Assembly (NCBI GenBank): GCA_965247095.1
Contig: OZ251997.1
Coordinates: 544,001 to 608,000, forward strand
From: Candidatus Multivorans sp.
GTDB lineage: Bacteria > Acidobacteriota > Thermoanaerobaculia > Multivoradales > Multivoraceae
Length of the DNA: 64,000 nucleotides
Direction of reading: 5' to 3'
Under the pieces are notes generated by a model. The model did not search any database. It saw only the letters and a list, made by a program, of their open reading frames with translations, and was not told the DNA's origin. A program made the translations under genes and the position numbers. Positions 1 through 8,529 of the stretch are shown piece by piece; position 1 is the first letter of the stretch, and each line of letters starts with the position of its first letter.

Positions 1-2010
1 GGGCAGGTCGAAGTGGAACAGGTCGGTGCAGTGGGCCTGGAAGTTCAGGCCTTCGCGGGCGGCGTCCGTGGCCAGGAGGATACGCAGCGGTTCGTCCTTC
101 GGGTCGGCGTTGAACCGGCGCTGGATCTCGCGGCGCCGGGGTCCCCGGGTGAGCCCGTCGATGGTCACGATCCGTTCCTCGGCGCGGTCGGTGCTCGCAA
201 TCGCGGCGTCGAGCATGGTGCGGAGATACCGCTTCGTGCCTTCCCGGTTCTCGGTGAAGATCAGCAGTCGGCGGTTGTTCCAACGGGGCGCGGGTGTGCC
301 GGCGGGGAGGGCCTTGCCCAGGGAAGGCAGGCCGTGGCATAGATGCTCGCGGATCCAATCCACGAGTTCGCGTGTCTTCGCGTCGGGCCTGCCGCGGGCG
401 TGCTCGGCGATGCGCTGCATCCGGTCGAGGAGATCGTTTTCGCGCTGGAGGAGGCGCGGCAGCGAGCCGGGCAGGCGCCCTATGCCGGCTGCGGGCGAGA
501 CGCCCGCGTTCCCAGGGGCGGAGCGACCATCGTCGGACTCAGCGGCGGCGTTCAGGTCGCGGATCTGGTCTTGCTCCTCTCGTTCAGCTTCTTCGTCGGT
601 GAACGCCGCGCGGTCCTCGTCGCTGCTTTCTCCGGCCAGCCAGGAGGCGGAGACGAAGCGACCGGTCTGGCTCTCGCCGGAGTCGTCTTCGGCGCCGGCA
701 TTGGCGGCGCCAGCGTCCGCGGCCTTTCGGCGGCGGCGTTCGAGCGTGTTGCGGTGGGTCTTGAGGCTGCGCGCGAACGCCTCGATGGACGACAGCAGCC
801 GCTGCTGGAGGCCGACGACGAGCAGGCCCGAGGCGGCGCGGGCAGACTTCGAGGCCGCCTCGAATCGCTCCTCGCGGGCCTCGCGGTACTCGTCGAGCAG
901 GCGGGACAGCGCGAGCTCGGGCGCGTCCCCGGGGAGACCGTCAATGCTCACTCGGACCACGTTCCGCTTCGGGAAGCCGCCCTGGACGTCGCGGATGTCC
1001 TCCTTGAGGCGGCGCACCATGACCGTTTCGAGGGATCTGCTCTGCACCTTGACGCCGCGGGTGAAGCGGTTCGGATCGAGCAGCTCGAGCAGGGTGGAGA
1101 AGCTGTTCGAGTGGCCGTTGTGGGGCGTCGCGGAGAGGAAGAGCCGGTGCTCGAAGCGGCCGCAGAGGTCGCGGACGGCCCTGGTGAACTTCGACTCGAT
1201 GCCGTAGCGCCCGCCGCTTGAAGGCGCGGCGTGATGCGCCTCGTCGAGGATCAGGAGGCTGCCGGGAAGCACCGGCCCCAGCCATTCGCGCATCGGGTCG
1301 GCGTAGGTCGGATCCCGCAGCAGGTTGTGGGAGACCAGGAAGCGGCTGTGGGTGCGCCACGGATTCACGCCGAAGCCGCGCTCGCGCCGCATGCGGGTGA
1401 AGTAGGCGCGGTCGAGGATCTGGAACAGCAGGCCGAAACGCTCCTCCATCTCGCCCTGCCACTGTTCGAGGACAGAGCTCGGCGCCGAGACGACGATCGT
1501 CTTGACCTTCTTGCGCAGCAATAGCTCGCGGGCGATCAGGCCGGCCTCGATCGTCTTGCCGAGACCGGTGTCGTCAGCGATGAAGAGGTTGACGCGGGGC
1601 ATGCGGAGTGCCTTGCGCAGAGGCTCCATCTGGTACGCGTCGAGCTTGATGCCGGCGCGAAACGGCGCCTGGAACAGGTTCGGATCGGTCGCGGTGACGC
1701 AGTTCCAGCGCAGCGTGTGCAGGAAGGCGCTGAAGCGGCGCGGCGTGTCGAAGCCCTTGGCCGCGAGCTCGGCCCAGCCCTCCTGCTTCAGGATGCGGCG
1801 GTCGATCTCGTAGTCCCAAAAAACCTCGATCTCCTCGCCCTGGGCGTCGTCCTCGGCGCAGGCGAGGCGGACGACCGAGGATTGGCCAGGCTTCTCGCCG
1901 GGTTGGACTTCCTCGACCAGCCAGCGGCGGCTGCGGACGTGGACCAGTTGGCCGACTTCGGGGTCGTGTTCGGGGAGTTCGTGGTCGAAGGGGGAGCGGG
2001 CGGGTGCCAT
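1..2010 (-). CDS. drmD: DISARM-system SNF2-like helicase DrmD (3' end beyond window)
   Basis: Not in the ORF track because it is open to the edge. Hand translation from ATG 2010: MAPARSPF..EVGQLVHVRSRRWLVEEV..RLACAEDDAQGEEIEVFWDYE..LRWNCVTATDPNLFQAPFRAGIKLDAYQMEPLRKALRMPRVNLFIADDTGLGKTIEAG (Walker A), LILDEAHH, LSATPHNG, MVRRLK, DAAREGLNFQ..HFDLP. The N-terminal and FQAPFRAGI/PRVNLFIADD motifs match DrmD. Confidence 0.88.
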   Translation of the reverse strand, partial: MAPARSPFDHELPEHDPEVGQLVHVRSRRWLVEEVQPGEKPGQSSVVRLACAEDDAQGEEIEVFWDYEIDRRILKQEGWAELAAKGFDTPRRFSAFLHTLRWNCVTATDPNLFQAPFRAGIKLDAYQMEPLRKALRMPRVNLFIADDTGLGKTIEAGLIARELLLRKKVKTIVVSAPSSVLEQWQGEMEERFGLLFQILDRAYFTRMRRERGFGVNPWRTHSRFLVSHNLLRDPTYADPMREWLGPVLPGSLLILDEAHHAAPSSGGRYGIESKFTRAVRDLCGRFEHRLFLSATPHNGHSNSFSTLLELLDPNRFTRGVKVQSRSLETVMVRRLKEDIRDVQGGFPKRNVVRVSIDGLPGDAPELALSRLLDEYREAREERFEAASKSARAASGLLVVGLQQRLLSSIEAFARSLKTHRNTLERRRRKAADAGAANAGAEDDSGESQTGRFVSASWLAGESSDEDRAAFTDEEAEREEQDQIRDLNAAAESDDGRSAPGNAGVSPAAGIGRLPGSLPRLLQRENDLLDRMQRIAEHARGRPDAKTRELVDWIREHLCHGLPSLGKALPAGTPAPRWNNRRLLIFTENREGTKRYLRTMLDAAIASTDRAEERIVTIDGLTRGPRRREIQRRFNADPKDEPLRILLATDAAREGLNFQAHCTDLFHFDLP
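484..516 (-). repeat. Palindromic REP-like element (short form) in frame inside drmD
   Basis: gccggctGCGGGCGagaCGCCCGCgttcccagg is the reverse complement of the cctgggaac-GCGGGC..GCCCGC-atccgg unit at 12809 and 19776. Reads PGNAGVSPAAG in the drmD frame. Confidence 0.8.
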
Positions 2011-2076
2011 CCGTGCGCCCGGTGACGGGCGCTCGGACTGGTTCGCGTGTGGCGCGGAAACGCGCCACCCGGGTTC
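2004..2076 (-). repeat. Composite palindromic repeat (hairpins 1+2), overlapping the drmD start codon
   Basis: gtgccatccgtgcgccc-ggtgac-gggcgctcggactggttcgcgtgtggcgcg-gaaa-cgcgccacccgggttc is near-identical to 8421-8493 and, reverse-complemented, to 63527-63598. Confidence 0.9.
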
Positions 2077-2099
2077 GGGGGGTGTCATTCGGGGTGAGC

Positions 2100-3125
2100 C
2101 TACCGGCGGCCTGCAGCCGTTTCGACCTGTTCGTGCAGCGTCCGCAAGGCGTTGTACGAGGCGGCTCGCAGGTTGAGCGGTCCGCGCACGGCTTCCCAGC
2201 GGCGCACGGTTGCCGCGGTGACCCTGAGCGCGGCGGCGAACTCGGCGACCGTCAGGCCGCTACGCCGGCGGAGCCTGGAGACGCGGGCGCCGGTGGGGCG
2301 GAAGGGTGGCGCGACACCCGGGGCCTTCTTCGTGGCGCCCTTTCGCCGGCTCGGGGGCCGGGAAGCGCCACCGCGTTTTCGAGCGTTGCGCGCCGCCTTC
2401 TTCCGCGGTCTGGAGCGGGGATCCCGCGCCTCGTCCGTGTCCAGATCGATGCCGAAGATCCCCGACAGGTCGCCTTCCGCCAGGGAATCCGCACCCGCCG
2501 CGCCGGCCGGCAGCGCCAGGTCGGCGTCAATCAGCTCCGATTCGTCGACCTTTCGCAGCAGGAAGAGGAGTTCGGGGCTGTCGTCGAGCCGGTTGCCGAC
2601 GCCGTACAGGACCGAAGCCACGTGCTTGCACATGCCGGCCCAGTCCGGGCAGTCGCAGTCGAACTCGATCTGGCTCGGAGTCGGAAACAGGCCGCGGTTG
2701 CGATCCGTGACGACAGCCATCACCTGGTCGGAGAGTCGTCCCTGGAGCAACTCGATGACCGATCCGATCTGTCCGGTGCATCTGGCCTTGATGGACTTCC
2801 AGACAGCGGGCTTGAGCTTCTGGATGCGAATGGCGACGTGGTAGAGCCTCGTGCCGACGACCAGTGCGTCGACGCGGCCGGCCCGGATCGCCAAGTCGCA
2901 GACCGCGCCGTGGCGCGCGTAGCTGCGGCCGCGCGGCAACCGGTTGCGGTAGTCGGAGAAGGACTCCAGGTGCTTGCACCAGCGCTTGCCCCAGAAGCTC
3001 CGGGCAATCAGGTTCCCCGTGATTTCGACCGGCTGCACCTTCTTGCCCTGCTTGCGGAGACTGGCGACCTTCCGCGCGGCCCTGGCTCGTCGCGCGGCGA
3101 CTGGAACGTAGGTCGGAAACCTCAT
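2100..3125 (-). CDS. SWIM zinc-finger protein with C-terminal XRE-type HTH
   Basis: SFWGKRWCKHLE..NRLPRGRSYAR, SWIM motif FDCDCPDWAGMCKHVASVLYGVG, basic linker, then LRRRSGLTVAEFAAALRVTAATVRRWE (HTH). Confidence 0.88.
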   Translation of the reverse strand: MRFPTYVPVAARRARAARKVASLRKQGKKVQPVEITGNLIARSFWGKRWCKHLESFSDYRNRLPRGRSYARHGAVCDLAIRAGRVDALVVGTRLYHVAIRIQKLKPAVWKSIKARCTGQIGSVIELLQGRLSDQVMAVVTDRNRGLFPTPSQIEFDCDCPDWAGMCKHVASVLYGVGNRLDDSPELLFLLRKVDESELIDADLALPAGAAGADSLAEGDLSGIFGIDLDTDEARDPRSRPRKKAARNARKRGGASRPPSRRKGATKKAPGVAPPFRPTGARVSRLRRRSGLTVAEFAAALRVTAATVRRWEAVRGPLNLRAASYNALRTLHEQVETAAGRR

Positions 3126-3142
3126 GACAGATCCCGCGCTTC

Positions 3143-5896
3143 CTACGCTTTCGCCCGAGTGATGTCCAGACGGACCAGGTCGAGCAGTTCGTCATCGGAA
3201 AGCTCGGTGAGCTTCATCTCGCGGCCATCCTCCAGCAGATCGTTCACCAGTTCGCTCTTCTCCGTGATCATCCGGTCGATTCTCTCCTCGATGGTGCCGG
3301 AGGTGATGAACTTATGGACCAGCACGCCCTGTCGCTGGCCGATGCGAAAGGCCCGGTCGGTAGCCTGATTCTCGACGGCGGGGTTCCACCAGCGGTCGAA
3401 GTGAATCACATGCGAAGCCGCCGTCAGGTTCAGGCCCGTGCCTCCCGCCTTGAGGGACAGGACGAAGAACGGCGGTCCGTCGCGGCGCTGAAAGGCTTCG
3501 ACCAGAGCGCTGCGCTGCCTGACTCCGGTGCCTCCGTGCAGCGCCAGCCCCGGCCGACCGAAGGTCGCGGCCAGATGGTCGGACAACGGATCGATGATCT
3601 CCCGGAACTGCGTGAACACGAGGGCGCGTTCCTGGCGTTCGGCCAGTTCCGCGCAGATCTCGGCGATGCGTTTGAACTTGCCGCTGTCGTTCGGCTTGTA
3701 GGCGCCGTCTCCGGAAAGCTGACTGGGATGATTGCAGACCTGCTTCAATCGCATGAGCGTCTGCAACACGAGGCCCCGCCGCTTGATGCCGTCGACCGAT
3801 TCCAGGCCGCGCTGCATCGACCGCACGACTCGCTCGTAGAGTGCAACCTGGGGTCGGGTCAGATGACAGTAGCGCGCCGCCTCGGTCTTGTCGGGCAGGT
3901 CGTCGATGATGCGGCGGTCCGTCTTGAGGCGGCGCAGGATGTAGGGCGCGACAAGTCGGCGAAGCGGCGCGAACTGTTGCTCCTCGCGCCGTTCCAGCGT
4001 CTTGACGAACCGCTGGAACACCGCGCGCGAGCCGAGCAGACCGGGATTGAGGAAGTCGAACAGTGCCCACAGATCTCCCGGATGGTTCTCCACCGGGGTA
4101 CCGGTCATCGCGATGCGCGCGCCGGCCTGGAGCTTCCGAGTGGACCGGCTCTGGAGCGTACCGGGGTTCTTGATGGCCTGCGCTTCGTCCAGGATGACCA
4201 GTCGCCACCGCACCTCCGCCAGCCAGGGCTGCCGAGCGAGCATGGCGTACGTGGTCACCACCAGATCGGCGCCGGCCAGCGACCGCGCGGGGGCGTCCGC
4301 GATCTCCGTCAAGGTCTCGCGATCGGTTTCGGACGGGTGCAGGAATCGAAGGTCCAGCGACGGCGCGAACCGCGCCGCTTCGGCGCGCCAGTTTCCGAGC
4401 AGGGACGCCGGAATCAGGAGCAGCGACGGCGGCCGCTGCTCCTCCTGGCAAAGGCCGCGGTCGGAGAGCAGCAACGCCAGCACTTGAATGGTCTTGCCCA
4501 GGCCCATGTCGTCGGCCAGACAGGCGCCGAGGCCCAGGCGGGTCAGGAGGGCGAGCCATGCCACGCCATCGCGTTGATACGGCCGCAGGGTCCCTTGCAG
4601 CGCGCCGCCGTCGACGGGGGCGAGCGTCTCCGGTTGACGCATGCCGGCGAGAATCTCGCGCATGCCGTCTCCGGCCTCGACATGAACCCAGGGGCGTTCG
4701 GCCTCGGTTTCCGCCTCGTCCCGAAGATCGGCCGACGCGCCGGCGAGGAGGCGCATTCCCTCGATGAAGGAGATGCCGTGGTCGCCGGCCGCCTGACGCA
4801 CGGCATCCCAATGCTCGATCGCCTGACGCAGGCGATCGCGGTCCACCTCGACCCACTGACCCTTGAGGAGCACCAGATTGCCGTCGCTGCCGAGCAGCGC
4901 ATTCAGGTCGTCTTCGGAGAGCGGCTCGCCGCCGAGAGCGACCTCGACCCGAAAGTCGAGCACGGCGTCCGCGCCCACCAGGGACGGCGCCTCGCCGACC
5001 GTCACGGAGACCTGCGGTCGCGCGCGCTTGCGCCACCAGTCAGGTAGCCGCACGGACAGGCCGCTCTCCTCGAGTTCCGGGACGCTGCGCAGGAGTCGGT
5101 AGGCGCGATCCGGCGTCCAGGCCATCGGCCGGTAGACGTCACCGGAATCCACCATCTCCCTTGCCCAGTCGCAAGCAGCCGCGGCCTGCTGGATCGGCGA
5201 CAGCAGCGTGATGAGTGCCGAGCGGTTGTTCTCGCCCGCGTATTGTTCGAGTGCTCGCCGCAGCGGCAGGTGCCGCGCTCGTCCGGTCGCGCCGAATCGC
5301 GCGGCATACGTAGCCATGAACGCGAACGGTCGTGCCGCGTCGTTCCGATTCTCGGCCAGGTGGAAGCAGACCCGCCCGACCTGATGCCAGTTCGGCGCTC
5401 GCTCACGCAGGAACGCGGACAGCCCGCCGGCAGTCGAAGCGGCCTGGCTCACCCAGTCGTTCACCTCGGTCCAGATGCGTTGCAGGCGCTCCGCGGACAG
5501 GTATTCGCCGCCGATCATCGGTGGGGCGGCTTCAACGAGAGCGGCGCACTCGGCCGAAGTCGGTGGTTCAACGCTGAGCGAAGCCGCCCCTTCCGCGTTC
5601 GGGTTCACAGCGGGCAGGTGGCAAAGCGCGGTCAGATGGCGCTCGGCGAAGCTCTGCCAGTAGCGGACGGCGGGCCGCTCCCGGGTATCGGTCTTTTCGG
5701 CCGCCAGCGTGAAGAGAGCCTCTCGCCAATCGGCGTCGAAGGCGCGTTCAAGGTGCTGGAGCCGCTCCGGGATCTCTTCAACGCCGGGATCCGCCCAGCG
5801 CACGTCGCCGGCCGGTGTCAGTCCGAGGCTCACGCCGAGCCCGCTTGCCGGCACGATGCGCGCGAGCGAGGCGACGGCTGGGCGGATCTTCGCCAC
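3143..5896 (-). CDS. SNF2-family (YwqA/HelZ-like) helicase; start uncertain (GTG 5896, 5854 or 5833)
   Basis: LRPYQRDG, CLADDMGLGKT, LDEAQAIKN, TGTPVENH, LRRLKTD, LKQVCNHP, SLKAGGTGLNLT, HFDRWWNPAVENQATDRAFRIGQ. The ORF-track start at 6154 overlaps the neighbouring gene. Confidence 0.92.
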   Translation of the reverse strand: MAKIRPAVASLARIVPASGLGVSLGLTPAGDVRWADPGVEEIPERLQHLERAFDADWREALFTLAAEKTDTRERPAVRYWQSFAERHLTALCHLPAVNPNAEGAASLSVEPPTSAECAALVEAAPPMIGGEYLSAERLQRIWTEVNDWVSQAASTAGGLSAFLRERAPNWHQVGRVCFHLAENRNDAARPFAFMATYAARFGATGRARHLPLRRALEQYAGENNRSALITLLSPIQQAAAACDWAREMVDSGDVYRPMAWTPDRAYRLLRSVPELEESGLSVRLPDWWRKRARPQVSVTVGEAPSLVGADAVLDFRVEVALGGEPLSEDDLNALLGSDGNLVLLKGQWVEVDRDRLRQAIEHWDAVRQAAGDHGISFIEGMRLLAGASADLRDEAETEAERPWVHVEAGDGMREILAGMRQPETLAPVDGGALQGTLRPYQRDGVAWLALLTRLGLGACLADDMGLGKTIQVLALLLSDRGLCQEEQRPPSLLLIPASLLGNWRAEAARFAPSLDLRFLHPSETDRETLTEIADAPARSLAGADLVVTTYAMLARQPWLAEVRWRLVILDEAQAIKNPGTLQSRSTRKLQAGARIAMTGTPVENHPGDLWALFDFLNPGLLGSRAVFQRFVKTLERREEQQFAPLRRLVAPYILRRLKTDRRIIDDLPDKTEAARYCHLTRPQVALYERVVRSMQRGLESVDGIKRRGLVLQTLMRLKQVCNHPSQLSGDGAYKPNDSGKFKRIAEICAELAERQERALVFTQFREIIDPLSDHLAATFGRPGLALHGGTGVRQRSALVEAFQRRDGPPFFVLSLKAGGTGLNLTAASHVIHFDRWWNPAVENQATDRAFRIGQRQGVLVHKFITSGTIEERIDRMITEKSELVNDLLEDGREMKLTELSDDELLDLVRLDITRAKA

Positions 5897-6051
5897 GGGC
5901 TGTCCGAGGGGAAGATCGTGGAGTGCCGGTCGATCGGCGAGATCGGCCCGGTGGGCGGTCCGTCGAGGGTGTGGAGGAGACGCTCCAACCTCATCGATTC
6001 GTTGACGCCAGACGACCGAGTGGCTGCAATATAGGCGATTTCGCCGTCTCC

Positions 6052-7104
6052 TCAGGCGAACATTACCGCCGCCGCCTGCTCCCTGAGCGCGGTCGGGTTC
6101 CCAAGCACCTGCCGGTCGTAGCCGACGCGCTTGTAGAAGATGTGCATGTCGCACTCGTGGGTGAAGCCGATGCCGCCGAAGACCTGGGTGGTCATGGTGA
6201 CGGCGTGGCTTGCGACCTCGGTGGCGTGGGCCTTGAGCAGGGGAGCGAGGTGACAGGTCTCGTCGGAGCCCTCGTCCCAGGCGTCGGCGGTGTGCCAGAG
6301 CAGGGACTCGACGGGCTCGACTTCGGCCAGGACTTCGGCGCAGATGTGCTTGACGGCTTGGAAGGAGCCGATGATGCGCTCGAACTGCTTGCGGTCCTTG
6401 GCGTATTCGACGGCGATCTGCAGTCCCTTCTGGGCCGCGCCGAGGGCGTCGGCGGCCAAGGCGATCTGCGCCGCGTAGACGGCGCGCTGTGTGCTCTCGG
6501 CACTGCCGCCGAGACTCTCGGCGGAGTTCAGGTCGACGCCGGAGAACGTGACTTCGGCGACGCGCCGGGTGTCGTCGACGGTCTGCAGGGGCTCGACCTC
6601 GATTCCGGGAGTGGTTGCCTCGAGCAGGTGCAAACTGCCCCCGGATTCGAGCAGGAACGCGTCGGACCAGGCGGCGTCGGGCACGTAGAGCACGGTCCCG
6701 TCGACGCGGCCGTTCAAGGTTGGGGCGTCGAGGATCGGCGTGACCAGGAGCCGGCCTTCGGCGATCCCTTCAAGCAGCTCGTTCCGGCGCTCGCTGTCGC
6801 CGGCGCCCGCGATCAGCAGCGGCGCCAGGACGTAGGACGAGTGGAAGTTGACCGGCGCCGCGGCGCGGCCGATCTCCTGGGCCGCGATTCCGGCCTCCTG
6901 CATACCGAGTTCCGAGCCGCCGAGGTCCATGTCGACGAGCAAACCGGTGATCCCCTGGTCGCCGAGTTGGCCGTGGATCGCCTTGTCCCGCCCAGACTCG
7001 GAGTCCATCACGCGGCGGACGCGCTCGACCCCCACGTCCTGGGCGAGAAAGCGGGCGATCGAGTCTCGGAGCAGCTCCTGCGGCTGCGTCAGTCCAAAGT
7101 CGAT
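6052..7104 (-). CDS. Acyl-CoA dehydrogenase family protein (second subunit of a pair), apparent ATC start
   Basis: C-terminal half of ORF 6052..8202: (I)DFGLTQPQELLRDSIARFL..EYAKDRKQFERIIGSFQAVKH..QVFGGIGFTHECDMHIFYKR. SD AAGGAG lies 6 nt upstream of ATC at 7104. Confidence 0.88.
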   Translation of the reverse strand: MDFGLTQPQELLRDSIARFLAQDVGVERVRRVMDSESGRDKAIHGQLGDQGITGLLVDMDLGGSELGMQEAGIAAQEIGRAAAPVNFHSSYVLAPLLIAGAGDSERRNELLEGIAEGRLLVTPILDAPTLNGRVDGTVLYVPDAAWSDAFLLESGGSLHLLEATTPGIEVEPLQTVDDTRRVAEVTFSGVDLNSAESLGGSAESTQRAVYAAQIALAADALGAAQKGLQIAVEYAKDRKQFERIIGSFQAVKHICAEVLAEVEPVESLLWHTADAWDEGSDETCHLAPLLKAHATEVASHAVTMTTQVFGGIGFTHECDMHIFYKRVGYDRQVLGNPTALREQAAAVMFA

Positions 7105-7148
7105 GCTGGACTCCTTCGCGTGGTTCGTCGAGCGCGGCGGCGCGGACT

Positions 7149-8342
7149 CTAGGCCGCGGCCGGCTTCGGCGCCCGCGGCAGTCCGAGACCCCGCTCGCCG
7201 ATGATGTTCTTCTGGATCTGGGCGGTGCCGCCGCCGATGATCAGGCCGAGGGCGTACATGTAGTTGCGCTGCCAGTTGCCGTAGTCGCGGACGTGCTTCG
7301 AGCCGTGCCTGAGCACGCCGCGTTCGGCCATGGCGTCGATCGCCAGGGCGCAGACGTCGTAGTTCAACTGGCAGTTGTTCAGCTTGACGATGAGACCGCC
7401 GGCCCCGGAGTCGCGCTTCTTCAGCCGGTCGGTGAGGAGGCGCAACTGGTGGTACTTCATCGCCTGCACCCGGCCTTCGAGCTTGAGCAGGCGATCGCGG
7501 TAGACAGGCGAATCGAGCAGACCGGTTTCGCGCAGGATGTCGACGCAGCCGGCGAGGTAGTTCTCCGTAGCGTTCGAGCGTCCCAGCATGTTGCGCTCGA
7601 AGCGCAGGGTGTAGGTGCCGACCTCCCAGCCCTGGCCGGGGCGGCCGATCACGTTCATGGCCGGTACCCGCACGTCGGTGAAGAAGACCTCGTTGAAGGA
7701 GGCGTCTCCGGTCATCGTCATCAGCGGCCGGACATCGAGCCCGGGCGTGTCCATCGACAGAACGATGTAGCTGATGCCTCCGTGCTTTCCGGCGTCCGAT
7801 TCGGTGCGGACCAACGCGAACATCATGTCGGCCTCGCGGGCGCCGCTGGTCCAGATCTTCTGGCCGTTGATCACGTACTCGTCGCCGTCGAGCCGCGCGG
7901 CGGTGCGCAGCGACGCCAGGTCGGAGCCGGATCCCGGCTCGCTGTACCCCTGGCACCAGATCAGCTCGCCACGGATCGTGGGGCCGATCAGCTCCTGCTT
8001 CTGGTCCTCGCGGCCGAAGTGCAGCAGCGTCGGGACGAACATGCTGATGCCCTGGTTTTCCATCCCGAGGGAAATCCCGGCGCTCTGGAACTCCTCCTCG
8101 ATTACCAGGCTCGCGAGGGCGTCGGGCTCGTGGCCGGCGCCCCCGTAGCGCGTCGGGATCGTGCGGCCGGCGTAGCCGGCGTCCACGAGCCGCTTCTGCC
8201 ACTCGATGACCTGCATGCGGACCTCCGAGGCGTCGCCGCCGAAGCCGGGCCCGGCCGGGACCGCAACGTCCTCGTTGGCGGCGAAGAAGGAGCGGACATC
8301 CTCTCGGAGTTCGTTGTATTCGGAACCGATGAATGTATCCAT
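7149..8342 (-). CDS. Acyl-CoA dehydrogenase family protein
   Basis: WCQGYSEPGSGSDLASLRT, YVINGQKIWTSGA, FNEVFFTDVRVP, TLRFER, IIGGGTAQIQKNIIGERGLGLP. Confidence 0.93.
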   Translation of the reverse strand: MDTFIGSEYNELREDVRSFFAANEDVAVPAGPGFGGDASEVRMQVIEWQKRLVDAGYAGRTIPTRYGGAGHEPDALASLVIEEEFQSAGISLGMENQGISMFVPTLLHFGREDQKQELIGPTIRGELIWCQGYSEPGSGSDLASLRTAARLDGDEYVINGQKIWTSGAREADMMFALVRTESDAGKHGGISYIVLSMDTPGLDVRPLMTMTGDASFNEVFFTDVRVPAMNVIGRPGQGWEVGTYTLRFERNMLGRSNATENYLAGCVDILRETGLLDSPVYRDRLLKLEGRVQAMKYHQLRLLTDRLKKRDSGAGGLIVKLNNCQLNYDVCALAIDAMAERGVLRHGSKHVRDYGNWQRNYMYALGLIIGGGTAQIQKNIIGERGLGLPRAPKPAAA

Positions 8343-8420
8343 GATGGACGCGACTTTATCGCGCTCAGGAGGCTCTCGTCAGCGCCTCGGAGCATTCGGA
8401 GTAAGCTCTTTTGTCCGATG

Positions 8421-8493
8421 GTGCCATCCGTGCGCCCGTCATCGGGCGCACGGACTGGTTCACGGGTGGCGCGGACCGCGCCACCCGGGTTCC
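8421..8493 (-). repeat. Composite palindromic repeat (hairpins 1+2)
   Basis: gtgccatccgtgcgccc-gtcatc-gggcgcacggactggttcacgggtggcgcg-gac-cgcgccacccgggttcc, in the divergent intergenic region. Confidence 0.9.
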
Positions 8494-8529
8494 GGAGGGC
8501 CGGCAACGAATAGCGGCGGCGGGGGCGAA

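Noticed and set aside
13-2068. Plus-strand ORFs of 292-393 aa and other frames over 1-2 kb
   Set aside because: Shadow ORFs of the minus-strand drmD frame, which carries all the helicase motifs.
6052-8202. 716-aa ORF as a single protein
   Set aside because: The N-terminal half is an off-frame read of the upstream ACAD gene; only 6052..7104 looks coding.
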